Notes under the pieces: model-generated
Seen by the model: only the letters and a program-made list of their open reading frames with translations
What the model was told of the DNA's origin: nothing
The model's database searches: none
Program-made: the position numbers and the translations under genes
In this document: piece after piece, positions 27,316 to 38,466 of the stretch
Layout of the letters: every line of letters starts with the position of its first letter
How positions within the stretch are numbered: position 1 is the stretch's first letter
Assembly (NCBI GenBank): GCA_944332535.1
Contig: CALVKE010000038.1
Coordinates: forward strand, 1 to 47,469
Direction of reading: 5' to 3'
DNA from: an uncultured Bacilli bacterium
GTDB taxonomy: Bacteria > Bacillota_I > Bacilli_A > RF39 > UBA660
Length of the DNA: 47,469 bases

Positions 27316-28558
27316 AGCAGTCCTCCTTTATCCAATTTAAACCTATGATCACCACGTAAAAACTTACTGCTGGAGATGTTAATACATGTCCTGCTAAGCA
27401 AGAAATCAGAAAGAAAATACCAAGAGATAGTATTTGTCTTTTTCGAAAAAGAAGTGGTTGTTTTTCTTTTTTCGTATCTATTATCACAAAAATTCCAGGC
27501 AAGATAATTAGAATCGTTCCAATCCATCCACTGCGATAGAAAATATCAAAAATATCCATTTCAATCGTTTTCAAGTTTACTTGATCGGTTCCATATTTTT
27601 CAATAAAACCAATTCCTAAAAGTTGAGAAGCAGGATCACTTTCCACAAAATTTTGATGTGTTGTCTTCAAAAAAGAAAGACGACTAGAAAAAATAAAATG
27701 ATCGATCCACTCTGGTTTTTGAAAAACTTCGCCAATGTTTTCAATTCCTAAGAAGTCTAAATGCGTCTCAATATTTTTCCAGAAGGAAGTTGTTGGTAGA
27801 TAAAAATAACAAGCTAGTCCTCCCCCTAAGAGAAGAGGAATACATCCTAACAAGATTTTTTTCTTATTTTTGCTTTTTCGAATCTGCCCAAGAAGAAATA
27901 GAAAGGTTACTAAAAGAAGTGTAAAAATAGTGATTTTGCTTCCAAGTGCGAAAAAGACAAGGACGATGACAAGAAATCCTAAGAGAAAAACGCTTCTTTT
28001 TTGTTCTGCAAAAAAGAAATAAGGAAGAAGGCCAGATAATATGGCGCCAATTTCATTGCTCGAATAAAACCATCCAATACTTCCTACTTTTCCTTCAAAA
28101 TAACCGGAAAAATCAGTATGCGTTATCATCGGAACAAAAAGTAAGACGAGATAAATTCCGTAAGTGAAGCGTAATATCTTCTCTGGGATTCGTAGGATTG
28201 TCCTTTTTCTTAAGAAATATAAATTAAGAAGTAAGACAGGAAAATAAAGAAGTCGAGCCATGTTTTTCAGCTCGTAAAATAATACACTGCCGTCTTTTGT
28301 TAACCAGGTATTACCGGTATAGAGAATAAGATAAACAAGAAGCAAAACAAGATACGTTTTTTCAAATTTGCTTGGTTTTTCGAGCCAGAAATTGAATAGC
28401 AAAAGGAGGGCCAAAAAGCCAAAACGAAAAAAGATTCCGAATGTTAAATCAACTTCCCAGAGTTGCATTGATAAAGCAGTAAGACAATCGATAATCGGTT
28501 GTAATACTAGAAAAACCATTAAAATGTGGACTCTTCTTTTTAGGAGCCAATCTTTCAT
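27281..28558 (-). CDS. O-antigen ligase/polymerase family membrane protein
   Basis: About 12 TM segments; LQPIID, GWFYSSNEIG, IFSSR, LLGIG, EMDIFDIF, AGHVL; probable ATG 28558 (ORF track start 28639). Confidence 0.75.
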   Translation of the reverse strand: MKDWLLKRRVHILMVFLVLQPIIDCLTALSMQLWEVDLTFGIFFRFGFLALLLLFNFWLEKPSKFEKTYLVLLLVYLILYTGNTWLTKDGSVLFYELKNMARLLYFPVLLLNLYFLRKRTILRIPEKILRFTYGIYLVLLFVPMITHTDFSGYFEGKVGSIGWFYSSNEIGAILSGLLPYFFFAEQKRSVFLLGFLVIVLVFFALGSKITIFTLLLVTFLFLLGQIRKSKNKKKILLGCIPLLLGGGLACYFYLPTTSFWKNIETHLDFLGIENIGEVFQKPEWIDHFIFSSRLSFLKTTHQNFVESDPASQLLGIGFIEKYGTDQVNLKTIEMDIFDIFYRSGWIGTILIILPGIFVIIDTKKEKQPLLFRKRQILSLGIFFLISCLAGHVLTSPAVSFYVVIIGLNWIKEDCYENRNDYRKLQ

Positions 28559-28598
28559 ACTATCACTCTTTCTATGGTTTATTTTATCATAATCACAC

Positions 28599-28627
28599 AA
28601 AAAAACCAATAGATTCTCATCTATTGA
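28599..28627 (-). terminator. Rho-independent terminator after the ABC permease fragment / capsule operon
   Basis: Minus strand CAATAGAT-GAGA-ATCTATTG-GTTTTTTT. Confidence 0.75.
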
Positions 28628-28638
28628 TTTCAGAAACA

Positions 28639-28827
28639 CTAATGTTTCAAAAACATTTTCTCCAGTTTATTTACTAAGAAATACATTAAGTAGGAAATGA
28701 TGGCTAGTATGACAACAGAGGTAATTACGAGATTGATATTAAATACTTGAGAACCATACATGATAAGATATCCTAACCCTTCTTTTGAAACAAGTAACTC
28801 TCCCATAATAACTCCAGTAAAAGACAT
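28639..28827 (-). pseudogene. 3' fragment (62 codons) of a NitT/TauT/SsuC-type ABC transporter permease
   Basis: GVIMGELLVSKEGLGYLI...QVFN is the C-terminal signature of these permeases; no RBS and only 14 nt between it and the LCP stop. Confidence 0.75.
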
Positions 28828-28841
28828 ATGGAGAGAACTTT

Positions 28842-30350
28842 TTAAGAACTTGTTTTGGCCATTAGTGCATCAATTGCATTTCTTGCCTTTGTTAGACTTT
28901 CTTGATCTTGGGTCATAACATATGGTTTAGAGTTTGGTGCTGTGTGTGTTGGCAGATAAGCATCTCCTCCATTTACCCACTGGGTAGTAATCGTCCATGG
29001 TGACATATCATCAATTTGCATTCTAGCATAATTGGTAATCACATTGGATGGCAAGTTCGTAATATATAATCCCGTTAAAGCATCTAGTAACTCGTCGTAT
29101 TTTTGTAGTAGTGTAATATCAGAAGTAACTTTTGTTACAATAGCTTTTAATACGGCTTGTTGATTTTGAACTCGCATCCGGTCTCCTATTTTAAAAGCAT
29201 ATCTTTCTCTTGCAAAAGCTAAGGCTTCTGAACCATTGAAAGAATTATATCCTTTTTGTACCTTTACTCGATTTCCTTCGGAATCTACATGGTAGGTCGT
29301 AAAAGTATATTCACTATAGACATCTACTCCACCGATTAGATCGATGATCTCAATTAGGGAATCAAAATTAATTTTAACATAATAGTTAATATCAATATGC
29401 ATTAAATCTTCTACCGTTGCAACAGAAGTTTCAATTCCGTATAATCCGGCATGCGTCAATTTGTCTTTTAATCCTGTTTGACCATGTACTTGAACATAAT
29501 AATCACGAGGAATTGAGGTTAATAAAATTTCTTTCGTATTTGGATTAATCGTTGCAATCATGTTAACATCACTTCGTGATACATCTGTTAAAGTATGATT
29601 TCTAGTATCCATTCCAGAGATGAAAATATTGATTGGTTCCGTTTCGATATCATAGACTTCTTTCGAAATATCCGTCTGCGCTTCTTCTAAATCGAATGTA
29701 AAGATCACTCTTACTAAATCATCAAAACTATTGTCTTGAAAGTCTTGAAAATCTTCATCTAAATATTCATCGTAGATCAAATCCATTCGCCCCTTATCCA
29801 TTACCATAGAAGAGACTTCATTTTCTAAAAAGGCATCCACTAATTCATACAAATCGTCATACCCAGTAAAAGTTGCATTTACTTGTTTTGTTAGTTTTTC
29901 TTGTACTTGTTCATTTTTCGGATCGGCATTAAAATAAGCAATGGTTTGATTTTCTAAATCTTTAATATTTTCGTATTCACTATTTTTCAAGACATAAATA
30001 GAATAAGCCCCTACTTTGACAGTTTCGTTATCGAACCCTTCTTTTAAAAACTCTAAAATACGGTCTGTAAACAAAATGCAAAATAGCATAATAGCAAATA
30101 AAACGACAGATAATAAATACCCCGGTATCTTAAAATATAATTTTTTGCGAGTCATCAATACTCCAAATAAAATAATAATAAGAGTAAAAAGTATAATTGC
30201 TAGTAGAAAATAACGGGCGGGCAATACTTGGAGATGATAAATTTTCCACCATAACACGCCAGAAGTTGCAAATAATATAAGTAATGCGATAATACCAACT
30301 AATAAAGCTAGACGAACTTTTTTATGGTCCTTCTTTTTTTCTTTCTCCAT
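28842..30350 (-). CDS. LCP (LytR-CpsA-Psr) family polymer-attachment protein, CpsA/Wzg-like
   Basis: Three N-terminal TMs; ISGMD, RSDVNM, SIPRDYYV, DKLTHAG, ALAFARERY, GDRMRVQNQ. Confidence 0.92.
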   Translation of the reverse strand: MEKEKKKDHKKVRLALLVGIIALLILFATSGVLWWKIYHLQVLPARYFLLAIILFTLIIILFGVLMTRKKLYFKIPGYLLSVVLFAIMLFCILFTDRILEFLKEGFDNETVKVGAYSIYVLKNSEYENIKDLENQTIAYFNADPKNEQVQEKLTKQVNATFTGYDDLYELVDAFLENEVSSMVMDKGRMDLIYDEYLDEDFQDFQDNSFDDLVRVIFTFDLEEAQTDISKEVYDIETEPINIFISGMDTRNHTLTDVSRSDVNMIATINPNTKEILLTSIPRDYYVQVHGQTGLKDKLTHAGLYGIETSVATVEDLMHIDINYYVKINFDSLIEIIDLIGGVDVYSEYTFTTYHVDSEGNRVKVQKGYNSFNGSEALAFARERYAFKIGDRMRVQNQQAVLKAIVTKVTSDITLLQKYDELLDALTGLYITNLPSNVITNYARMQIDDMSPWTITTQWVNGGDAYLPTHTAPNSKPYVMTQDQESLTKARNAIDALMAKTSS

Positions 30351-30366
30351 TTTTTCTCCTCTTTTC

Positions 30367-31533
30367 TTAATCTCTTACGAACAAATCACGAGTATAAACT
30401 TTTTCAGAAACATTTCGAACAAAATGATCAATACGGTTCGCTATGATTATCTCGCTTTTTTCTTGAAAGTCTTCTAAATCCTTTATTACCGGACAATCAG
30501 CAAAACTATTTTCTTTTAAAGTTGGTTCATAAATAATAACTGAGATATTTTTTTGTTTTAACAATTCAATAATACTTTGAATCGCACTCATTCTAAAATT
30601 ATCAGAATCTGCTTTCATAGTTAATCGATATATTCCAACTGTTTTAGGATTTCTTTTGGCAATTTGATCGGCAATGTGATGTTTTCTTGTATCATTGGAT
30701 TTTACAATTGCTTCAATAATATTTTCTGGAACATTCTCATAGTTTGCCAATAATTGTTTGGTATCTTTTGGAAGACAATATCCTCCATAACCAAAAGATG
30801 GATTATTATAGTAATCTCCGATTCTTGGATCTAAACATACTCCGTCAATAATATCTTTCGTATTTAGCCCCTTTAATTCTGCATATGTATCTAATTCATT
30901 AAAATATGCAACACGAAGCGCTAAATAAGTATTGGCAAATAATTTTACTGCTTCTGCCTCAGTAGAGTCCATAAATTTCACGGCTACATCCGGTTTCAAG
31001 CAGGAATCTTTTAGTAAGTTAGCAAATTCTTTTGCTTTCTCGCTTCTTTCTCCAACAATAATGCGAGAAGGATATAGGTTGTCATATAAAGCTTTTCCTT
31101 CTCTTAAAAATTCTGGTGAAAATATAATATTATCAATATGATACTTTTCTTTCATTGCTTTAATAAAACCAACTGGAACAGTACTTTTGACAACCATTGT
31201 TGTATCAATTCCCATACTAATTACCTTTTGAATGATATCTTCTACAGAAGATGTATCAAAGTAATTCTTTTGATCATCATAATTAGTTGGTGTACTAATA
31301 ATAATAAATTTAGCTCCTTCAAAAGCTTCTTTATAATCTAAAGTAGCTTTTAGATTCAAATCTTTTGTTTGAAGAAATTCTTCAATTTTTTCATCTTGAA
31401 TCGGGCTAATTCTATTATTAATCTTTTCTACTTTTTCTGCAATTACGTCCAAAGCCATTACTTCGTTTTTTTGACTTAGTAATACTGCTAAGGATAATCC
31501 TACATAACCAGTACCTGCTACTGCAATTTTCAC
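30367..31533 (-). CDS. ugd: UDP-glucose 6-dehydrogenase
   Basis: [42 protein letters not shown]. Confidence 0.95.
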   Translation of the reverse strand: MKIAVAGTGYVGLSLAVLLSQKNEVMALDVIAEKVEKINNRISPIQDEKIEEFLQTKDLNLKATLDYKEAFEGAKFIIISTPTNYDDQKNYFDTSSVEDIIQKVISMGIDTTMVVKSTVPVGFIKAMKEKYHIDNIIFSPEFLREGKALYDNLYPSRIIVGERSEKAKEFANLLKDSCLKPDVAVKFMDSTEAEAVKLFANTYLALRVAYFNELDTYAELKGLNTKDIIDGVCLDPRIGDYYNNPSFGYGGYCLPKDTKQLLANYENVPENIIEAIVKSNDTRKHHIADQIAKRNPKTVGIYRLTMKADSDNFRMSAIQSIIELLKQKNISVIIYEPTLKENSFADCPVIKDLEDFQEKSEIIIANRIDHFVRNVSEKVYTRDLFVRD

Positions 31534-33080
31534 GATTTCACCTTCCTTTTTTTCAATTTATTCCAAATTTTTCTTAAAATCTGTTTTTTATAAAACTCGA
31601 AATCTGCTGTACGATAATAAATTATAAAATATAGGATATTAGAAATGATTACAATAATTATTCCATAAATAAGAAACTCTAAAATTGGATTTGTAATTGT
31701 GATGAAAGAAAGAGCGACATAGTTAACACCAAACACTAAAAGAGCAACTATTGCATGTTTAAAATACAACCACGCATATTCTTTCTTAGTTCCGTGTAAT
31801 AATTTTTCATATACATATTTTGGATAGTTAAAAATATAAACTACCATTGTACTAATAATCGTTCCCATCAAAACACCTGCAAGTCCAAAGTAATGCGTTA
31901 AAATTAAAGAAGCGACTAAATTTACGATAGACTCAATAACTGGGATGTAACGGTCTTCATAAAACACTCCTCCTGCCTCTTTAAAAGCAGACGGAGTTTT
32001 TCTCATTCCACGTATATATACGTGCAACGTCATAACAACTAATACTAGTTGTGGTAATAAATTATCTGCTCCAATCCAGACTTTAATAAATGGAGTAATT
32101 AAAAAATAAAATAAAGTAGCAGAAAGGCCAAAAATCCAAGAATTAAATAAAAGCATTGATTTATAAACACTTCGTGATTTTTCATAATTTTTTTCAACTA
32201 GTAAATTTCCGACAGACGAAGTAAGAGAGTTAAAAATATTAGAAAAAATAGTGTTGATATAATTTGATATCATATAGTAATTGTAATACAAACCAACATA
32301 AACAATTCCTAGGCCCTTTGTCATAGAAATAATAATGCTATCTGTTCCTGTTACTACAAATCCACCAATTTTATGAAATAGAAGTCCGCTTACTTTTTGA
32401 TGAATATCCTTCTTTATTTTTCTTGGTAATTCCTTTGCATGAGATAAATCTGCTAAATAACTATAATGTTTATTTACATAAAGGTGAATAGCAACGTTTT
32501 CTAAAATAGTGAATATAATCTTTAATATTAGATATAATATAAAATTTTGAGTCAGTAATAAAACAATTATTTGAAATAAATTGGTAAGGAAGAGAAAAAT
32601 TACGCTAATTATATTAATTATATAATTTTTTTGATCCGCATACAAAATACTTCTCTTATATGTAAGAAGATAAGAAACTACAGATTGTAATAAAAATAAT
32701 AAAAATAAGACATATAAATTTTCTTTAATGGTCGTGGGACCAACGATCATTGAAACGAATGGAAGTACGAGTAATCCCAGTATCAGTACAATTCCTGCTA
32801 CGCTTTGATAAACTACTTTATAATATTTTAATAATGATTGAATAGATTCTTGATCATTATCTTTTAAAGGTTTATAAAAATTATATACAATTGCCGATCC
32901 AAAACCTAACTCTGCAATCGACAACATACTTAAAATATTAGTGAAAAGGCTTTTAATCCCGTTATATTCATTTCCCAAGGTCCTAATAAATACTGCTTGT
33001 GCTATCACAGCAATGATGATTGAGATGAAACTATATACGAGTGATAAAATCCCATTTCGTATAGAATTTTTTGTCCTCAT
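31530..33080 (-). CDS. wzx: Polysaccharide flippase
   Basis: [18 protein letters not shown], 12-14 TM segments, 516 aa. Confidence 0.85.
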   Translation of the reverse strand: MRTKNSIRNGILSLVYSFISIIIAVIAQAVFIRTLGNEYNGIKSLFTNILSMLSIAELGFGSAIVYNFYKPLKDNDQESIQSLLKYYKVVYQSVAGIVLILGLLVLPFVSMIVGPTTIKENLYVLFLLFLLQSVVSYLLTYKRSILYADQKNYIINIISVIFLFLTNLFQIIVLLLTQNFILYLILKIIFTILENVAIHLYVNKHYSYLADLSHAKELPRKIKKDIHQKVSGLLFHKIGGFVVTGTDSIIISMTKGLGIVYVGLYYNYYMISNYINTIFSNIFNSLTSSVGNLLVEKNYEKSRSVYKSMLLFNSWIFGLSATLFYFLITPFIKVWIGADNLLPQLVLVVMTLHVYIRGMRKTPSAFKEAGGVFYEDRYIPVIESIVNLVASLILTHYFGLAGVLMGTIISTMVVYIFNYPKYVYEKLLHGTKKEYAWLYFKHAIVALLVFGVNYVALSFITITNPILEFLIYGIIIVIISNILYFIIYYRTADFEFYKKQILRKIWNKLKKRKVKS

Positions 33081-34268
33081 TTATCTTACCCTCGATTCTA
33101 ATACTTTTATCCATTGCTCGCCAATTTTTTCCACAGAAAATTTTTCGGCCTGTTCTATGGCCTGCTTTGACATTTCAGAAATTTTAACCGGATCATTTGC
33201 TAATGACAGCATAGCATCTGCATAATCTTGCAAATGATTTTGTTCGATTATATATCCACAATTTTTCTCTTCAAAAATTTCACGAACAGATGGTAAATCA
33301 AAACTAATAACTGGCAATCCATATTCCATTGCCTCCGTTACTACCATTCCCCAGCCTTCCCATAATGAACTCATCAAATAAATAGTGGCATCTAAATATT
33401 GAGACTCCATATCAGAAGTTTTTCCGGGTAAAAAAACACGATTTTCTAATCCTAACTCCTTTACCAATTCCTCACATTTTCTTTTTTCAGGTCCGTCTCC
33501 ATAAATATACAAGTTCCAATCTTTGTTCTTTTTAGAAAAAATGTAGAATGCTCTTATTAACTTATCAAACGATTTTACAAAACTAAATCTTCCTGCTGCC
33601 AAAAACTTTTTAGAAGTTAATTTACTGTGTTTATCTGTTTTGAAGGCATTCGGATTTGCAATGTTTATAACATCATAATTAAAATGTTTTTTAATTTTTT
33701 CTTTATCATCTTTAGTTTGTACGATATAAACATCTAAATTTTGAAACAGATCATTTAAAATTATTTCTTGATGATAAAATCTTCTACCTGGCATCTCAAA
33801 ATAAGCTTCATAAGTACTGTGTTGCCATCCAATCGTTTTTGTATGACTTATTTTTGGCTTTAATATTGACAATATTGTAGAATAAGTACTAGCAATTCCG
33901 ATTATAGCATCAAATTTTTGTTTTTTTATCACTTCAATTATTTCAGGCATATCCCATCGATTACAATAACTATTTTTAATTATTTTTTTACTTTTTTGAA
34001 ACCAACCATACTTTCTATTGCATTGGCCTAAGATTTTCCAAAATTTTCGAATAAGGCGATGAAAAAAATTATTGTATTTTTCTAAAAATACAACTTTTGC
34101 TTTTTCGTCGAGCTGATACAAAGAATAGTCTATATTTTTATTAGAAGACGTCAGTAAAAATGTTACTTGATAACCTTGTTGAATTAAGTAATTAGCAAGA
34201 ACAGTAACTACTCGTTGTTCTCCTCCTAATGTAAACGGAGTATCCATAAAAAAACATATCTTTTTCAA
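33081..34268 (-). CDS. GT4 glycosyltransferase
   Basis: GGEQRV, AGRFSFVK, EGWGMVVTEAMEYG; probable TTG start 34268 (ORF track 34277). Confidence 0.88.
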   Translation of the reverse strand: MKKICFFMDTPFTLGGEQRVVTVLANYLIQQGYQVTFLLTSSNKNIDYSLYQLDEKAKVVFLEKYNNFFHRLIRKFWKILGQCNRKYGWFQKSKKIIKNSYCNRWDMPEIIEVIKKQKFDAIIGIASTYSTILSILKPKISHTKTIGWQHSTYEAYFEMPGRRFYHQEIILNDLFQNLDVYIVQTKDDKEKIKKHFNYDVINIANPNAFKTDKHSKLTSKKFLAAGRFSFVKSFDKLIRAFYIFSKKNKDWNLYIYGDGPEKRKCEELVKELGLENRVFLPGKTSDMESQYLDATIYLMSSLWEGWGMVVTEAMEYGLPVISFDLPSVREIFEEKNCGYIIEQNHLQDYADAMLSLANDPVKISEMSKQAIEQAEKFSVEKIGEQWIKVLESRVR

Positions 34269-34281
34269 AAACAACACCCCC

Positions 34282-35409
34282 TCATGTTTTTTTTGAGCGG
34301 AAAATTAATACAGAGAATACCAATAAAAATGCATTAAATGAAACATTAAATATGATATTTTCCATTAAGCAATAAATACTCAATAAAAATAGGATTAATA
34401 TTATAACATAATCTTTGTTTTTATAAAAGTATTTAATAACTTTTTTATAAGCCAACGCAAATACTAGAAATAAGCAAAGACCATATTTTAACAAAATATA
34501 AAAGTAACCATTATCCAGATATACCGGTGATATTCCTTCCAATGCAGCTTGTTTTTGACCAATAAGACGAATATTGTGTCCAAATAAGTTAATTCCATAT
34601 TGATCCATTAAATTACTGATCCAATAAATTCTTCCGCTTAATAGTTCATTTATCTTTAAACCAATTTCATTATCGGAATTATATAAATAAACACAGAAAA
34701 AAGTAAGTAACGTTAATATTATAAATGAGTGAGTAATAAAGGTTTTTATGAAACGCTGCTCAAATAATTTTTCTAATGTGTGAGTTCGAAATAGTACAAA
34801 TAGCGATAGCAGTATCAAAATAATCATAGAAGTCCTACTATCACAGAAATAATTTATTAAAATTATTGCCGGTAAAATAACGAATAACATTTTTTTAGAA
34901 AATTTATCCTTATGAATATATATATACTCAAAATACGTAAGCAATATTAGATATCCAAACGTATTTGGATGAGAAAATCCCATTGCACTTCGAATACTTC
35001 CATCTTCGCGGTAAACAATATTTTCTTCTGTAAGGCCTAAGAAGTTGCAAATTAAAACAATAGCAATCATACCCACTGTAATTTTGAAAGTATATCGCAT
35101 GAATTTATTAAAATCTATATTTTCACTAGCATAAATTAATAACAGTAATCGTAAGATTTGTCGATCCCCGGCAAAATAACTACAGATTACGGCTAAACAA
35201 AATACAGCAACCATTGCCACAAAAGTTTTTCTAGGATAACAATTGCGCTGTAAAAAAAAGTTTACAATTAAAATGACTAAAGATATATCATTTAAAATGT
35301 CTAAATAATTTGACACTATTGTAACTTTTGAAAAAAGAGCGCTAAACAACATTAACAAATAAGCAAAATAAAATAAAAATATATTTATTTTTGTTTTGTT
35401 TAATTTCAT
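34282..35409 (-). CDS. wzy: Putative polysaccharide polymerase
   Basis: About 10 TMs; RSAMGFSHPN, SRTS, LSGR, LDNGY, LMEN. Confidence 0.75.
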   Translation of the reverse strand: MKLNKTKINIFLFYFAYLLMLFSALFSKVTIVSNYLDILNDISLVILIVNFFLQRNCYPRKTFVAMVAVFCLAVICSYFAGDRQILRLLLLIYASENIDFNKFMRYTFKITVGMIAIVLICNFLGLTEENIVYREDGSIRSAMGFSHPNTFGYLILLTYFEYIYIHKDKFSKKMLFVILPAIILINYFCDSRTSMIILILLSLFVLFRTHTLEKLFEQRFIKTFITHSFIILTLLTFFCVYLYNSDNEIGLKINELLSGRIYWISNLMDQYGINLFGHNIRLIGQKQAALEGISPVYLDNGYFYILLKYGLCLFLVFALAYKKVIKYFYKNKDYVIILILFLLSIYCLMENIIFNVSFNAFLLVFSVLIFRSKKT

Positions 35410-35419
35410 GATTATCCCC

Positions 35420-36268
35420 CTATTCTATTGAAATCAGGCTACCTAAATAATTCAGATATTCCTGTCGCACATTTTGACAAAGTCCTGCATTAGGGGAAAA
35501 GGTTAATTCTCCAAAATAAATCTTTCCGTCAATATTGTATAAATCCACTCGAACAAAAGGAAAATCATTTGATAATTGAGATGCAATTTCAATCATCTGA
35601 CTTAAATTTTTAGGTTTTTCAATAGGATTGGGATTTTGATATTTCTTATAAGAATAATTAAGATGATTCCAGTTTAAATCAAAATAATCACGATAATTTC
35701 CATGTTCTCGATCAGAGCAAACTAAAATGCATTCCACCTTTCCAGAATAGCAAAAAAACTTATAATCGTTCAAGGAAGCAGAAGAGCTATCCAAATATTC
35801 TTCACATAAAATTTGAGGAGTTATTAACGCATAATGATACTCTAACGAAGCTTTAGCATAATTTTTTTTCAAACTTTTTTCTATTTTTCTTCGTACCTTT
35901 TCTATATCTAAGTTCTTCTTATCTTTACAAACGATCACATCTCCAGAACCATGATTGCACTTTAAAACAAACTGTGTTCCTAATTCTTCAAAATCGATCT
36001 TTGTCGCATCATCATAAGTCTTTATTGTCTTGATAATATTTAGATGTGGAATCTTCTTTTTAGCTAAAATTTCTTTTACTGCTATTTTGTCAGACAGCTG
36101 TGCTTCCTTTTCGCCATACTTATGAATAATGAGATAATGAATTTTTTCGTTGAGATCTTGCGGAGCGGTTAAATTTAACTTTTTATGAAACACACGAAAA
36201 TAAATGATTTTATGAGCTATTTTTTTTGGTAGACGATATAATATCTCATGATACAATGTTTTTAACAT
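35420..36268 (-). CDS. TupA-like ATP-grasp amidoligase
   Basis: LNEKI, FVLKCNHGSG, EEYL, DYKFFC, FPFVRVDLY, FGELTFSP. Confidence 0.88.
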   Translation of the reverse strand: MLKTLYHEILYRLPKKIAHKIIYFRVFHKKLNLTAPQDLNEKIHYLIIHKYGEKEAQLSDKIAVKEILAKKKIPHLNIIKTIKTYDDATKIDFEELGTQFVLKCNHGSGDVIVCKDKKNLDIEKVRRKIEKSLKKNYAKASLEYHYALITPQILCEEYLDSSSASLNDYKFFCYSGKVECILVCSDREHGNYRDYFDLNWNHLNYSYKKYQNPNPIEKPKNLSQMIEIASQLSNDFPFVRVDLYNIDGKIYFGELTFSPNAGLCQNVRQEYLNYLGSLISIE

Positions 36269-36280
36269 GCTAACACCTTC

Positions 36281-37300
36281 TTAATTAAATCTTTTTTTTC
36301 TTTTCAATTGATATGCGCTATTCATGGACCAATAGAAGAAGGAAATTAAATGAAAGCGAAGAAAAAATAATCGAACTTTATTAGGAAGAGACAAAAGACG
36401 ATAAGGGCATTTCTGAATTGCCTTTCGAAATACTGGTTCTTTGATCTTTTTTTTAATTTCTTCTTTTATTTGTTTTGAAGTTAGGCCAGCCTGCTGTGGC
36501 AAGTATTTTAATTTGATAATATCATTCAACAAATAAATTGTCCTCATTTGACAATAAGGATCCAATTCTAATTGTTTGGATGTTTGAATGAATTTTGTAG
36601 TTTCTTCTATAATAGCGTAAGCAACTTCATCCGCTTTTTCAGAGTATTTATTGGTTACTGATTCATTAAACATTCGATAATGATAAAGAGGCTGGTCAAT
36701 ATAAGAACATATTTCAGCGTGGTGAAATACATTTAAATTAAAAATAGAATCTTGCATTCTTTTTAAGTTGGGAACAAATGTTAGATGATGCTTTAATAAA
36801 AAACTTTTTTTATAAAGTTTGCTCCATGGTACACCAAAAGTAGAAAAGCAAGCCTTTAAAAGCGTTAATTTGTCATTTTTAAATACTTTATCTTTTTCAA
36901 AGAAACTTTTTTTCTCTTCTTTTTCTGCTGTATTTTGATAGTATCCACACATACTTACGTCGCTATGATAAGTATTGGCGTTTTTCCATAGTAGTTCCAC
37001 TAACTTATCGTCACACCAGTCGTCTCCATCTACAAATAGTAAATACTCTCCGTTTGCCTTTTCAATTCCGTTATTTCTAGCGACAGATACCCCAGCATTT
37101 TCTTGGTAAATATAGCGAATCCGCGAATCTTTTTTTGCGGCTTTTTCACAAATTGCTGCACTATTATCCGGACTGCCATCTACAATTAATAAAATTTCAA
37201 TATTAGAGTAAGTCTGTCGAATTAAACTTTCAATACACTCCTCTAAATACTTCTCTACTTTGTAGATAGGAACAATAATAGATATTAAGGGGGTCCTCAT
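36281..37300 (-). CDS. GT2 glycosyltransferase
   Basis: ISIIVPIYKVEKY, DGSPD, GVSVARN, FVDGDD. Confidence 0.9.
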   Translation of the reverse strand: MRTPLISIIVPIYKVEKYLEECIESLIRQTYSNIEILLIVDGSPDNSAAICEKAAKKDSRIRYIYQENAGVSVARNNGIEKANGEYLLFVDGDDWCDDKLVELLWKNANTYHSDVSMCGYYQNTAEKEEKKSFFEKDKVFKNDKLTLLKACFSTFGVPWSKLYKKSFLLKHHLTFVPNLKRMQDSIFNLNVFHHAEICSYIDQPLYHYRMFNESVTNKYSEKADEVAYAIIEETTKFIQTSKQLELDPYCQMRTIYLLNDIIKLKYLPQQAGLTSKQIKEEIKKKIKEPVFRKAIQKCPYRLLSLPNKVRLFFLRFHLISFFYWSMNSAYQLKRKKRFN

Positions 37301-38466
37301 CTTACATCACTCTCTTCTATCTTATCATATATATTTTTTAACTGTCGATAATTATTTTCTTCTTGAAAAATAGTAACGTCATAATTAACAGGGTACTCTT
37401 CAATTTGATTCTCATCAATAATTCGTTGTAATTGTTCTTGATTATGGTAAATTAAACCATAATTGTTGGATTCGATAATATCCTTTACATTCCCAATTCC
37501 GTATCCTATTAATGGGGTTTTTACGGAGATTGCTTCTAAAATTATCATAGGAAAACCTTCATACCATAAAGAAGGAATTATTAACGCTTTCGCTTTAGCC
37601 AACTCGGAAAAGACCTTTTCATGCGGAAGAAAACCACATAATTCTACCTGATCCATTTGATTTTTCTCTATATAGTTTTTACACCATTCCATTGCAGGTC
37701 CTGTTCCATATATTTTTAATTTCTTATCGATTGTTTTCCAGCTACGTAAAAGTTCCTTGATCCCTTTTGATTCTTCCAAACGCGAAAGATACATATAATA
37801 ATCTTCTTTCTTTGTGGATTTTTCCAATGGTTTTATCATATAATTTGGTTTTACGAATATTTTCTTTTCTGATACAATCTCTTTTGTTTTATTAATTTCT
37901 AATAATTTTTTTTTATTAAACTCTGTTAAGCAGACGAAGAAAACATTGCGGTAAATACCAAGCATTCGATGAAGTTTCATCGATAATGCAATGATAATCG
38001 TTTGTAGTTTACTCTTTCTATAACAAGAATGAGAAATTGCGTGATTCAGTCCGAACTGAGGACATTCTTCGCATATTTTACAATCGCGATACAACAATCC
38101 ATTAGGGCAAATCATTCGAAAGTTATGGATCGTTTGTACAACCGGAATTTTTCTTCTTTTCGCCGCATAAAATACAGCCGGACTAATTAAATTTTGTACA
38201 TTATGGACGTGGACAATATCAATATGGTGTTGCTTTATTAGTTTTTGAACTTCAAAATAAGTTTTCCACGAAAAAATGGTCGTAATTGGTAAAACTAACT
38301 TTGCGAAAAAGGACATATTTTTTATCTCGTTATTATTTCGAAAATAGCAAAAAACTTCGTGGCCATGATCTTCTAACATACGCCTTTCATTTTTTACAAC
38401 TGTATCTTCCCCGCCTGAAATTTGGTACTCATTATGGACCAATAATATTCTTTGTTTTCTCATCAC
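37297..38466 (-). CDS. GT4 glycosyltransferase
   Basis: HNEYQISGGED, TIHNFRMICP, PSLWYEGFPMIILEA. Confidence 0.88.
   Translation of the reverse strand: MMRKQRILLVHNEYQISGGEDTVVKNERRMLEDHGHEVFCYFRNNNEIKNMSFFAKLVLPITTIFSWKTYFEVQKLIKQHHIDIVHVHNVQNLISPAVFYAAKRRKIPVVQTIHNFRMICPNGLLYRDCKICEECPQFGLNHAISHSCYRKSKLQTIIIALSMKLHRMLGIYRNVFFVCLTEFNKKKLLEINKTKEIVSEKKIFVKPNYMIKPLEKSTKKEDYYMYLSRLEESKGIKELLRSWKTIDKKLKIYGTGPAMEWCKNYIEKNQMDQVELCGFLPHEKVFSELAKAKALIIPSLWYEGFPMIILEAISVKTPLIGYGIGNVKDIIESNNYGLIYHNQEQLQRIIDENQIEEYPVNYDVTIFQEENNYRQLKNIYDKIEESDVR

Noticed and set aside
28559-28639. N-terminal extension of the ligase-like ORF
   Set aside because: Overlaps a terminator hairpin and a TGATAAAAT -10 element; ATG 28558 is more plausible.
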